A stretch of 64,000 nt of DNA from the NCBI GenBank assembly GCA_907165135.1, contig OU015568.1, forward strand, positions 1,302,001 to 1,366,000, in the 5' to 3' direction. The position numbers and the translations under genes were made by a program. The DNA is from Oikopleura dioica (taxonomy: Eukaryota > Animalia > Chordata). Every line of letters begins with the position of its first letter. Within the stretch, counting starts at the first letter, position 1. A model generated the notes under the pieces. That model was not told where the DNA came from and ran no database searches. It saw only the letters and a program-made list of their open reading frames with translations. Below, piece after piece: positions 23,036-35,496 of the stretch.

Positions 23036-23890
23036 TATCGACCGGTGGGAATTTGTCATTTCTATTCTGAGGTCATTTAAAGCTGGCCCTGCTCCCGGGC
23101 ACGGTGCGATCAAACACAATCGTAGCGGGGGGCTACGAGGAGTAAATTTATTATCATGCATCCTGCTGCAAAGAAAGAAAAGCGTCGTTAAATATATTGC
23201 CAAGCCAAGTTTTTATTATTATTCTATTTATATTGTTGAGCTTTCTAGTATTTTAAAATCCTTTGAATATATCAGGGCTGACAATTTCGAAGATCATTAT
23301 GTTATTTTAGAACTAAACAAGTTTTTTTTATCAAAAACGAATATAAATTGAAGTTAAAAATTGAACCCTAGGAGCACTTACAGACGCATTTTACTAAAGA
23401 CCTACTCTTAACGAAATCTCTTCTTGTTATTCCTCTTTTCAAAGCAAAATTTCTTCCATTATAAATTTTGAACACTGAAAAAAGCCGCCCTGAACTTTTG
23501 TTTTTCGAAAGAGCTTTTCAGTGGAGCAACTCGACCGAGAAAAAAAACTCCAACAAAGGGAGATTTGCGCATAATGTCCACTCAATCAGCCAACCTTCTC
23601 AGCGTGTCCAAATCTTTTATTTACTAAATAAGAGTCTAATTTGTCTCTTTTTACGGTAAAAATCTGGTCAAAATTTGTCTTCAGTAAAATTTGAGAGGCT
23701 TTATTGGTTTAAAAATTCTAAAATTTGTACAGAAAACAACATTTTTCTAAGCATCAACGCTGTCTCTCTGCACCAATGACATTGGTTCTGGTGGATTTCG
23801 ATGAGGAAACTCGTCGGTGACAAAGTCTAACGAAGCGCTGAAGCTTTGGGTTCCGTCCTGATAAAAACTCGGCAAGAATATGTCCTGGCT

Positions 23891-25192
23891 TTAGTTGCCA
23901 GTAAATTCGAAAAAATCAACGGAACCCCGATCACTGTCAAAATCAGCAGGAGGCGGGGAGGAGGCGCTTTTTGGCGGAGCAGGGGGCGCTCGTTTCGACG
24001 CTGCGCCATTCTGAGTTGTCGATGTTGTCGGCGTTGTCGTTGTTGTGGTCGTTTTGAGAGTTACTGGGTCTTTCATCACGTATGCTTCGTGGCGTTGGTA
24101 AACTTAGACGATTTTAAAAATGACTGAGTGGTTTTCCGTACCTCCAATGATGTTCGCGAAATTGTAAAGAAACATGATTGTGAACAAAATCCAACTGCAG
24201 GCCTCTACAACTCATTTGATGAATGATCTTTGTAATGATTTTACCAAGTGCTCCAAGGGTGCTATAAAAGCTCTCGATCTTCGGGGTGGTTTTCTTACAT
24301 GAGTCCTCACTAAAAATAGCTTGAAAAAGAACTTCTAAAAACGATTAAGTTATCCTTGATCACAATTTGTAGTTAAAAAACCTGTCGCAGACATCAGGAG
24401 GCCCATGATAAAATTTTAACTTTTGATCGCATTTCCCATTCGATAATTCTGTCTTGATTGCTCCACATAGCCTATTGTTCAAACCAAAGCTCGACATCGA
24501 TGCCTACAATAAGATTTCGATTCCATCTTTATTGCTTTGTAAATTCGTAAAAACGTCATGTTAACAAGCTTTCCTATCGATAGATGAGCAAAAGTCAATA
24601 CCTGTATCAGTACGAGGATAAAGAAGATAACTCCCCAAAGAGCATTGCATTTGCGACTTTTTATGGTTCAAAAGATTTTTTCTTCAAAAGAATTCGCAAT
24701 AAAAATAAAAATTTTCCCGTATCACTTTGGAACCGTTTCATAATGCAGCTATTCTTTCGGTTGGGTCTTTTTAGACTCAGAAATTTAAAAAAAATGAAAG
24801 TTTTTTGTTAACCTGTAGGGGCTCCCTTAAATTGGTCACTTTTGGTTCTGAATCTTTCCTGTATGAAATTCGATTGCCAGTAAAATAAGCAAAAACGGGG
24901 CTGATATCAGAATAATCTCACTGACAACAATGATATAGCCACAATTTGACCTCGGCCCAAATTCAGAAATCAAAAAAGTCGTGCCATCAAATGAATTTTC
25001 AACGAGATTGGAGTACAAGACGCAGTTTCCTTCAAAGCGAGAGAGGATAAGATTGACGATTATACACGCAGAAAAGCAGGTAATAATAGCTCCAGCGAGA
25101 AGGCCAAGACGAAGGTAGAGAATTTGGCGTTTTGTGATTTTTTCGATTCCTGGTATTTTTGCGACCAAATTGTCAATCAATCTGACGATCAT
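23891..25192 (-). CDS. TMEM179: TMEM179-like multi-pass membrane protein
   Basis: CIIVNLILSRFEGNCVLYS...SEFGPRSNCGY resembles the TMEM179 family (F.G.C.L...EWGP...C). Further hydrophobic exons; Thr/Pro-rich C-terminal tail. Confidence 0.65.
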
Positions 25193-25647
25193 TTTCTTCT
25201 ATTCTTTTATCTCTCAACTGTTCTCAAATCACTCTTCCTATATCGAAATCGATCAAAGGGAGAAAAGCGAGAAATTCTTAAATTACTCTGGACCGGAGAA
25301 TAGCTCGCCCGTTAAATTTTATAAATCGCAAATAACTTCAAATGGTTAGTAAATATCTGACGTTGTAATGAATTTGCCGCGCGCATCGGCGAATGCAGGG
25401 ATTTGAAGATTTGGCTCACATTTCACAAGACGGGAGCTTTTATTCTAAGCGGACATTTTCAGCGGCGATGGCGATGCTACCGCCGGATCGCAGGTTTTTT
25501 AGCTCTAATGCATCAAAGATAAACTACTTCAGTGTTCAAAGAATCTTTGGTCAAGACAATAAAGGGATGATACACTCCTCATAATACTGTGTATTTTTTT
25601 TATTTCAAAAAGTCTAATTTTCAATCCAAATGAGAAGAAAGCAGAAT

Positions 25648-26718
25648 CTACGGTGTCTGTTTGATAATTCTAGTATTTTCGTCATTTCTCTTCATCGTTG
25701 ATTGCTTTCTACAGCAGAAAAGGACATCTTCGCAACATTCACTTTTTACAAATCTGTCAAAGATAAAGTTCGCCACTAGAAATTTAACAATCTTTCGATA
25801 TATGTCGTAGAACTTACACAAAGCGCCAACAAGCGGACAAACAAGCGGAATCCACCAATACCAAGATATCAACTCATTCCCTCTAGCAAAGCTTTCTGGA
25901 AAACCAAGAAGAAAAATCAAAACCCTTGGTCCAATATCCCTCGCAGGATTAATTGCATAACCAGTGTTGAGGGAAAAGCATATTCCGTATGTCATCACAG
26001 CAATGCCTGTGTAGAGGGGGAGCATTGAAAGGTCAGGTTTGTGATGAGGTTTGGATTGGGAGACAGCGTTGATTGACAGAACCATGAAACAAGTCCCAGC
26101 TAAAAAATGACCAGTTACAACGCTAAAAGACCCCATTTTCGTACCTATTGAACTGACCATCGCCTGGCTAATTGAGACTCCTGCTCTCGGGTAAGTCGCA
26201 AAAATTGAAGCATTCTCCTCGTTGATATCAATGTCCATATAAATCCAAAATACAATCGCGGCTCCTATGAATGCCCCGAAGCATTGACTGATGATCATAA
26301 CCATTCCATTCGTGAGAGAAATCTGCTTTGTCAACATCTTCGAGAAACTGACTGCTGGATTGATGTGTCCAGGTCCTTTTTGCCTGGCAAAATAGACGCC
26401 AAACATGGCCCCGACTCCCCAAGAAATGTGAATTTGAAGAGGACTGCCGCGGTCAGAATCGATCGTATTCACGGCGATACTGGCGAGTCCGAAGCTGTTC
26501 GAGAGTTCTTATTTTGGCTTACGTAAGGATAGATAACTTGATTTATGATTCTAAGCACCTGCAATCAAAGGTTTCTCATTTTACTACTCGAAATTCTTAT
26601 AAAAATTTTACTATAAGTAATTTAATGAACCGTAAATAAAAGAAATAAGAACACCTTTCCCACATAAGATCGCCGTGCCCAGCATTTCCGCGATGCATGT
26701 TTCAAGCAAACTTTGCAT
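25648..26718 (-). CDS. Aquaglyceroporin (AQP3/7/9/10-type), paralog A
   Basis: CIAEMLGTAILC|GFGLASIA, GHINPAV, IFATYP, NTGYAINPARDIGPR, WYWWIP; the NPARD signature marks a glycerol facilitator. Confidence 0.93.
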
Positions 26719-26989
26719 GTGACCAAGAATTTTGAACGTTCAAAACTCCCGAAAATAGAAATTTCCAAAAAGGGCGTTTCCAAAAAAGGCGTTTCTCTTT
26801 CGACTGCTGAGTCCGGTATTTGCTCTCGATCGAACGAGTTCGGAGAATACAAATAGAATTATTGAAGATTTGTCCTTGGACCTTTTTTGTGGAAAGTTCC
26901 CAGGAAAGTTCTACAGTACTTTTCTTAGTTCATAGATTGCTTTATTCTAGTAGATAAATAGTGGCAGAGATAGATTACATTTGAAAATT

Positions 26990-29480
26990 CTAGAGCTCAG
27001 TCGTATTTTTGTTCTCGTCGTTTTTGACATCATCGATTTCGTTTCTTCTCAAACAGCTTTTGCAAGTTCCAAGATCAATCCAATAATCACCTTTGATGAA
27101 ATTATCAAAGATGAAATTCGCCACTAGAATTCATTAAATCAATTCTCTAATCAAATTCTTACAAATAGCGCCAATAAGCGGACTAATAATCGGAATCCAC
27201 CAATACCACGAAATCAAGTCGTTTCCTCTCGCAAAACTGTCTGGGAAACCGACGAGAAAGATGAAAAACCTCGGTCCGATATCACGAGCAGGGTTGATTG
27301 CATAACCTGTATTCAGAGAGAAGCATATTCCGTAGGTCATGACAGCGACTCCTGTGTAGAGTGGGAGGAGCGTGAGGTCGGGCTTGTGTGCTGGTTTTGA
27401 CTGGGCGACTCCGTTGATGGAGAGAATCATAAAGGCGGTACCGACTTTTTTGGAGGTCACAAATGAGTTGATTCGAGAATCAGTAAAAACTTTGATCTCC
27501 TGCCTATTGAACTGACCATTGCCTGGCCCGTAGTCACACCCATTCTCGGATAAGTTGCAAAGATAGACGCATTATTTAGATTAACGTCGATATCCATATA
27601 AACCCAATAAACAAGCGCTGCTGCAAGAAAAGCTCCAATACATTGGCTTATAATCATTAATATTCCATCACTTTTCCAAGAGTTCAAAACTTCAAATTCT
27701 CATGATCTTATGACTAATCCCACAAAAGAAAAAAAGATCAAGGAACTCTCACATGACATCAATATTTCTTCTTAAAAGCTTGGCGAAAGTAACGGAGGGA
27801 TTGATGTGCCCAGGACTCTTATGCCGTGCACAGTAGACCCCGAACATAGCGCCAACTCCCCAAGATATATGCACTTGAAGAAAGCTCCCTCTTTCTGGGG
27901 CAATCGTATTCACGGCTATACTAGCAAGTCCGAATCTTCAACGAGGAGATTGATGTTTTCCGAATATAACATTCGAAAAATGTTTATCTCTCGATTTTTA
28001 TCATTCTTTTATTCTATTAGCCTCTCTTGAAAATGACAGTTGAACTTTTCGCATTTTGAGAAAGACGCAATTTCTAATGGCACAATTGTAGTCATCGGAA
28101 GCTAAAGGATTGAGAAGAGAAAAGTTAGACGCGCAGGTCTTTAAGATAGACAGCAGTCACTCAAAATGTCTGTCAGCATGATTTCTTTCCGCTGAAAATA
28201 CGTGGTGAATTCAAGAATGACTCTTGAAGAGTAGACAAAGAAATGAAGAACACTCCTCAACAGTAATATTGAATAAATGTCGAACTTCAAGTTGGTAGTG
28301 TCTTTTTCTATTTTATTAGATTCTCTTCTAAATGAGACTTGAAGTTTTGTAGTCATAGCATCTTTGAAAGCTGAGAGAAAATGAATAGACAAGTGGGTCC
28401 TTTTCGAAGACAGCACTGACGTGCTTTTTTTAAGGTTACTGTATTTATTTCTCCCACTTACTACTTTGAATACCCAGAACATCCTATATATTTGGAATCA
28501 GTGCAAAAAATCTAGAAACTTGACCGTAACCGATTCTCAAAAATCACTCCCGGTTACGATTCTAGAGCCGGAAATGCAAAAATCATGAACCTACGGTACC
28601 TTAAGAACCCCTAGACAATGGCATATTAAATTGAGTCTTGCATCATTTTAGATTTGTCTGTGATATAATAAAGTCTAGATGAGCTCTTTGTCGATTCTAG
28701 AGCCAGTTCCTGATGACATTTTGTGATATAGCAACTTCTAATTTTTAAATTTTATCAGTTTTCGCCTCTAGAACCGACTAAAAAAAGCTATCTTACCTTT
28801 ATTATATCACAGACAACTCGAAAATGACACAATACTCAATTTGATATGCCATTGTCTAGGGGTTCTTTAGGTACCGTAGGTTCATGATTTTTACATTTCC
28901 GGCTCTAGAATCGTAACCGGGAGTCATTTTTGAGAATCGGTTACGGTCAAGTTTCTAGATTTTTTGCACTGATTCCAAATATATAGGATGTTCTGGGTAT
29001 TCAAAGTAGTAAGTGGGAGAAATAAATACAGTAACCTTAAAAAAAGCACGTCACTGCACTTAACATGTCTGTCAAAATGGCTTTTCTCTGCTGAAAATAT
29101 CTCGATAAATTGCCGTTAGATTCAACAAAGGCTCATCGCTAGTTGAACAAGAAGGATATAATTTGGCCATTTTGTAGAAAACGACAAATAATAAGAATTG
29201 TAAAACATAGTTCAGTACATGCTCTTATAAGAAGTGCCGAGGGTTGTTTCAAATAACATAAGTGATAAATGAAACATAGAAATTAGTTATTATCAAGGAA
29301 GAGCTTCTTTTTGATTACACAAGTTCTAAAGTAACCGTGAACCGGGTAGATTTGTTCTTCTGACTAAACTCGGTTTCGCAAAATCTGCGATTTCAATTCT
29401 CCTTTCCCGCATAAGATCGCAGTGCCAATCATTTCTGCAACGCAAATGTCGAACAATCTTCGCGCATTACCCATCGCCAT
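26990..29480 (-). CDS. Aquaglyceroporin paralog B (long first intron 27936-29406)
   Basis: MAMGNARRLFDICVAEMIGTAILC|GFGLASIA, GHINPSV, IFATYP, GYAINPARDIGPR; ends NKNTTEL*. Confidence 0.9.
28414..29056. mobile_element. MITE with ~265-bp near-perfect terminal inverted repeats
   Basis: CA(C/G)TGACGTGCTTTTTTTAAGGTTACTGTATTTATTTCTCCCAC...CTGTGATATAATAAA mirrored at ~28795-29056. No convincing TSD. Confidence 0.88.
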
Positions 29481-30165
29481 CGTTGAGTAGATGACCTCAC
29501 TTCCCCAAAAGGCGTTTCCCGAAAAGGCGTTTCTCTTTATACGGCGAGTGTTGATTATCCAAAAGTATCCAACGTGCAAATTTTATCACGCAATTAAATC
29601 AGATTCGGATGAACTTCGAAAAAAGAGCCGGTCTCGTTAAACTTCTCTGACTTTTTTCAACTCCGGAAAAGATTTTATCTTGTTAGTGTCTACCTTCTAA
29701 TGAATAGAGGAGCCTGCAAGGCTTGTCAAAAAATGAGTCATGTCTTTTGGCGAGAATAATTAAGGGGAGCACGAAGCAAAGTCTTGTTGCTGGATTGCAA
29801 TAACGATATTTGTGATAAAAATCAGTGAAATCACAATTTGAACTTCATCGTACCAGGATTAAATCTTACTGAACTGAGAAAGAAGCGTCCAAACTCCGGG
29901 AGTACAGTACGAACTTCTTAAATTTCCGCCATGGAAAGCCCACGATAAATTGACGCCTTTATCGGCAATTTATATTAAGGAAAAGGCTTTTATCTGATGA
30001 AATTCTGACTCAGGTAACAGATAAACGGGCGACGGAACGACGAAGATGAATCCGAGAAATTTTCCGATATCACTCCCCCGCGCCGCTCTGGCGACATCCC
30101 CAACTACTATAAAAGCGTCCGTATCTTCTCAGAAGTAGTAAAAAGAAAAAACCCTCAAAAGAAAG

Positions 30166-30580
30166 ATGAAATTTCTTAAGACTCTTCTCGCAATTCTCTA
30201 CCTATTCTGCCTCGTTTCTGCTGACTTACTGTACCAGAATCGAATACAGAACGGAGTCTGGATGTATAAAAATGGACTGCGACCAGGGTCTCGAAAAATT
30301 GGAAGTGCGGTGGGTGTGGAAACGCGCTCTCGAGCGCTCCACTTCTGCGCGCTGGAAGTGCGTGTTTAAAAAAACATCCACCGCACGTCCAAATTTTCGA
30401 GACCCTGACTGCGACGAATGCTTGCTCCACGAAATCCGACCTACAGAAAAAGCGTTGACGAAAATCAACGATCAAGAAGAAAAAATCTCTTCAAACATTA
30501 TCATGGAATATCTGCATAAAAATGAGCCTCAGCTCTTGATTATGATGCCTTTATCACCTGCACTAATTCAATTTCGATAA
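30166..30580 (+). CDS. Small secreted protein candidate (probably one ORF split by a 1-nt frameshift)
   Basis: Signal peptide MKFLKTLLAILYLFCLVSA and TATAAAAG at ~30106. Removing one T in GTTTAAAAAAA joins it to KKTSTARPNFRDPDCDECLLHE... Confidence 0.5.
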
Positions 30581-30936
30581 TTTGCTTGCTTCAGTAAGCA
30601 ATCTATAATTAAAAAAGAATAAGAAAGAATTTTAATTCCTTTTTTCGAATCTCGATAATTGATGTTTTATTAAAAGTATTTTTTTTTTCATAAAAGAAGG
30701 AAGCTGGAAGCTAGGTATGTATTTGGCTGGAAATAGAAGTGTCTTTTTATGTTGGAAATTAGATTAGATTACTTTGGTAGTTCGTTCATTTTCATCGTTG
30801 AAGCAGGGATAAGTTGAATATACAAATTCGACATGTCGGTTAAAAAGTTATAGAAGTTCAGGTTTTTTATAATGTTTGTGGACTGAAGATATGTTTCAAA
30901 GGGAGTAAAGGCCGAATGAATAATAAAATTAAACGC

Positions 30937-33900
30937 CTAGGTAAACTTTTCATCGACGCGGAAATGAGCGCGAGTGACGTCGTTGGGATTGATGAAGACA
31001 GAAATTGAAGATCCTTTATTTTGTTGAACCATTTTCTTGACCCTTTCAGCAAGGGATTCTTGGGACTCCTCAACTTGGGGGTCGTTGACTCGGACATGAG
31101 AGTAGAGCGCTTGACCGGTGGAGTCGATTCCCGAAACGACACGCTTTTTGCCGTAAGACTGTTCATTGTGAACCTAGAAGCAACAATGGTAATCATCGAA
31201 AATTAATCAGTAAGAAATGCGCGGTAAAAGTACTGTACCTGAGTGAGGCCTCTAGCAGCAGAAACTTGTTCTAGCGCGTTTCGTATCTGTTCAACTGGAT
31301 CTGATCGTACCATAAGAATAATTTGGGCTGATCAAACATGGTCAATTAGTGTTAAAAAGCTGGCTAATTACCAAGTGAAAGAATAGTAGCATCGTCAGTT
31401 TTGTCAAGGAGATTTACATGTGGAAGAAAATATGAAGGACAGGAGCGGGTGAGGAGGCATTTGAGCACATCGTCTATCAGTCCACAGAAAAACGAGGGTA
31501 TTTCGTCTTCTCGGGAAAGATATTGATTCTAGGAAAGCGTTGATATACGAAGTTGTTGCAAGTCGTACCTGAACTCGGTCACATGCCCAGAAAAATATTG
31601 CACGAAGAGCATAAGGTCTGAGAATCGTCTTCTGCCTCGATAATGCTCGAGCCAGAACAGTTCTCCAGCAGTAAAAGACTTTCATAAATGGCTGTGGAAC
31701 TAATTTCTTTAGTTGAACCTAAATATCACTTTTCACATCTATTTCCAAAACGTCTCTTACCTCAGAACGAGCAAAACAAAAGCGCCAATCCGTTGAATTC
31801 CTCCCTCGACCAGGGAGCAAGTGGAAAGCTCCAGCTGCGTCTGAATGTCTCAAACCAGCTCGCTGCCAAAATTTTCCTGTTTCTTGAAGCCACGGAGCTG
31901 CTACCTAAAAACTCTTCTAGCCTTTCGTAAAGCCTCTCTCCCAATTACCTGTGGCCAACCTCGAAAAGATATGCAAGGAACAAGATCGTATAAAATTCTA
32001 GTTCCTCCGGCCATCAGAATCAGAGTGAAAGCTCGTTTTGGACAACCAGCTGGAACTGCCAACAAGATCTTGGGTTTTCCCTTCTTTTCTTCTATTCTCG
32101 CTTCTTGGCAAATTATTTCGAGACATTTTAGAAACCAGTTCCACACTCGTAGGGCTAAAAATCATTATTCGAATCGCAGAAAAGGGGACTTCTTACAAGA
32201 AAGTCTTTGTTGGCCAGAAGGTTCGGTGATGAGCGAATCTTGCCATAATCTGTGATTATCCGGATCATTCATCATATCTATCGGAACTATGCTTTCTCCA
32301 GGCTCACAGCCCTTCAGATCTAGCTGCTGCCGCTCATTTGCTCGCATAACTGGCACTAGAATTGGCAAATGAAGAACACGACTTTCAAGAAAATAAACGA
32401 ACCTAGTAAAGTGTAGTCCAAGTCAAAATCTTGCCCCCTCGTAAGAACCAACTTGTCGTAATCGAGGTCGATGTCTAGAGGATTTTCTTGCTGAACTGGT
32501 GGATTATTATCAGGGCTTGTCGATTCTGTCGGTAAATCTAGCGGTTGCTCTTGAGGAGGAGGGATTGTTTCGGATTCAGGAGAAACAAGAGCTTCGCTCG
32601 TTTGTTCGTTGGCAGGACTCGTATCTGAAAAAGAACAGTTCATGTCAGCGCTGCTTTTTCTGGAATTTCACGGTAAATTTTCCAAAAACACGCCGCAAAT
32701 AAGCTTAATGCAACGATATAGGCGCGCAAAGGTCATCTTTTTAGGGATAAAGGAACTCATGACGTCTTTGAAATTAAGTAAAGTTGCGCAAGTTGTAATT
32801 TCTAATCGCCGAAATATCAACCCCAGCTTCGAAGCATATATAAACAGATCCAACCCTTCTACTCATCATCTCACTGATCTTGAAATACTCGAGACAAGGA
32901 AAAAACCTTAAAAGTCACTTTCAACATGAAACTTTTTGCCACCTTTATCGCCATCGCCTCCGCCCAGGAGTACAACTACGAGAACCAAAACTACGAATAT
33001 GCTGATAGCTACGATTACGGCACTACAACTGGTAAGTCACATTCTTTTTCAGCTTAAAAATAAGCTAATGAAAGATAGCGTAAGAAAATTGTTAGCATCG
33101 CGTAATTTTCTTAAGAAAAAGAGCTAACTACTTTTTTTATTCGTATCAAATAAAGACATCTAAGAGAATACATTTTAATTGTTCAACCGAAGTTGTACAT
33201 CTGATATGACGCTGAGACGATTCGTCTTTGCCATCAATCAACAATCTATAGGCATAACGCACAAAAAATCGACTTTTTATCTGAAAGTCGTAGAAAGCTA
33301 ATTTTCACCTATCATATAGATTTTTGTGCCCAGACAACGTTTCAACAAAAAAAAATTTCAAAAATTTAAAATTTAGTACTTTTTTAGTACCCCAAAGTTG
33401 TCAAAAAATTGATTTTTCGTGCCATCCAAGCTACGGGGTTGTAAGTATGCTCATTCGAAAGAGCACAAAAAACTGAGTCAGATACATCGAAAAAAAGGGG
33501 TTCCTAGGGGGGTTCCCCAGATTTTAGGGGTTGAAAATCACAAAAATGATGAGTCATCACTCAAAAATGACCCGATTTGACCCCGAAAATGAACTTTTTA
33601 TGAACTTTTGACTTCAGATTCGAACTCTGGGGTACTAATTTACTGTATTCCCATTGTTTTAGCAAGAAATATCAAAAGTTGTTTTTTGACCGGAAATGAC
33701 GTCATCACACGATAAAGCGAATGAAACCCCAAATTTGGCTGATTTTAAGGGGTTTTTCATCCCTAGAATCCAGGGAACCCCACCAGGAACCCCTTTTTAT
33801 TGATAATTCTGACTCAGTTTTTTCCGCTCTTTCGAATGAGCATACTTAGAATACCGTAGCTTGGATTGCTCGAAAAGTAGTCAGAAAAGGGGTGAAAAAA

Positions 33901-35434
33901 AGTACTAAACTGTAACAAAAAATTTTTTCCAAAAAATTTTGAAAAGTCATTTTTGGTGTTTTAGTTGCTCCCAAAGTTTCAAACTTGCATCTATTACAGG
34001 GAAAAAGTTGATTTTTTTGTGCGTTATGCCTAACAATCTAGTAGATTATCTACAAAACTCTGTGTAACAAAGAAATTCTAGTCGCCAATGAAGCCGTCAC
34101 TGAGCAGGTTGCCGCCGCTGTTGCTGATCTCGCCGCCAACGCCGTCGCTGCTGGCCGAAACTACGGTAACAACAATAACGCCTACCCAGCAAACAACAAC
34201 TACCCTTCCTACCCTGCCGCAACTGGGCTCCAGTGCTGGCGATGCGATGCCGACTCGTTTGAGCTCTGCGAGAGCACTGGCTCCGTCCAGACTTGCCAGG
34301 CAAACGAGGGCTCCTGCGAGCTCGAGATCCGAGAGCGCAACGGTTACATCATGCAAATCCGAACTGGCTGCAAAGCCAAGGACGCTTGCGAAATGAACAT
34401 GGCGCAGAACTTCAAGCAGCAGAATCCTCACTACACTGAGTGCCGACCGGAACCTGGATACACTCACTCTGGTAATCAACTTCCCATCGCATTTCCCTTA
34501 ACCTTTTTAAGTCTGCCGACAGTGCTGCAGTGAAAACCTCTGCGTCAAGGAACCAAGCTGGTGGTACCCAACTACCCGAACCGAGTGGGCTTACAAAGGC
34601 GAATCTGGTTACTAAACAACTTGAAAAATCTTCCGTCTCTAAGTGAAACTCAAAACTGGACAATTAACGAAAGAAATCCTCTATTCTTTCTGTCACTTCC
34701 CCCGCTCTTGAAAATTGCTTTAATAAACCGCTCCCTTATAACGCTCTTCGCCTCTTTTTACCTGAAATTGTGGCTGTAGAATGTAACTCGTCAGATAGTA
34801 AATCGACGTTACTTCTTTCGGACACAGGAGATGTAAGAGAACTAAAAGATTCTGTAATAATCTGGAAAAAGGGATGTTTTGGGCTCGGCAATCTATGCAG
34901 AAACCTGAGTCAGGGTTCTTAAACAGCTTTTGTAAAAATCTAATCCGAGCTCTGACTCAGATTTCTACACAGGTGATCAAGCGAAGTGGATCTTTTTTAC
35001 CTTGGATCCGCGGAGGAAGGAGCAGAATCCGCAGAAATAAGTGGAGGTGGCTCAACAGGAGGTTCTGGCGTAGGCCTTGGAACTTGAACTTCCAAATCTA
35101 GTGTTCCATCTCGCGAAGCTCCCGATAGCAGTAAATACTCGTTTGCCCCTGGTAAACGACCGTCGATCGCCTAATAAGCATTAGGAGAAAGAGAAAGATG
35201 AAGAAAGAAGACCTGAATTTTGCCTAGTAGAGTAAAAAGATGCTCCTTCATCGAGTGGACTTCGAGAGCCATCTGATCGTCGAATTCATGCCGATCTTGA
35301 TTATCAAAAAGCTCGATCACTTGATTAAGACTTTCGAAACTCGCTCCAGAGGAGAAATCGACTTTGGGCAGCGAGCGACGCTCTCCATTCTCGCCCCCGC
35401 CGTTTCCCATTGATCCAGGCGGGAGGGCTATCAT
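30937..35434 (-). CDS. MB21D2: MB21D2-like Mab-21/cGAS-family nucleotidyltransferase
   Basis: Collinear matches to my recollection of MB21D2: PKVDFSSGASFESLN, DRHEFDDQMALEVH, ANEYLLLSG, TRGQDFDLDYTLLVP, RILYDLVPCISFRGWP, PYALRAIFFWACDR, CPSYFLPHVNLL, VRSDPVEQIR, ISVFINPNDVTRAHFRVDEKFT*. Confidence 0.92.
32926..34615 (+). CDS. Secreted three-finger/Ly6-uPAR-like Cys-rich protein nested antisense in the MB21D2 intron
   Basis: MKLFATFIAIASAQEYNY..., LQCWRCDADSFELC...CELEIRER...GCKAKDAC...ECRP...VCRQCCSENLC. Three exons with in-phase GT-AG introns. Confidence 0.85.
33249..34032. mobile_element. hAT-type MITE with 8-bp TSD ACAATCTA
   Basis: ACAATCTA|TAGGCATAACGCACAAAAAATC ... GATTTTTTTGTGCGTTATGCCTA|ACAATCTA; additional internal inverted repeats. 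Confidence 0.92.
34891..34974. mobile_element. Tiny palindromic MITE-like element (same family as 44199-44316)
   Basis: ATGCAGAAACCTGAGTCAGGGT ... CTCTGACTCAGATTTCTACACAGGT. Confidence 0.6.
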
Positions 35435-35496
35435 TCTAGAGCAGTTCTTTCTTAGTACAAAATAGTAGGTTGCTTGAAATCTTTTGCTTGTACAGT

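Noticed and set aside
28141-28482. 113-aa ORF in the aquaporin intron
   Set aside because: It starts inside the MITE arm and has no recognisable motif.
29364-29579. A third aquaporin gene
   Set aside because: It is exon 1 of paralog B; the GA-AG splice to 27935 restores CGFGLASIA and no other exon 1 exists for B.
32609-32911. Plus-strand 100-aa ORF next to the three-finger gene
   Set aside because: It overlaps the MB21D2 exon/intron boundary antisense and has no supporting signals.
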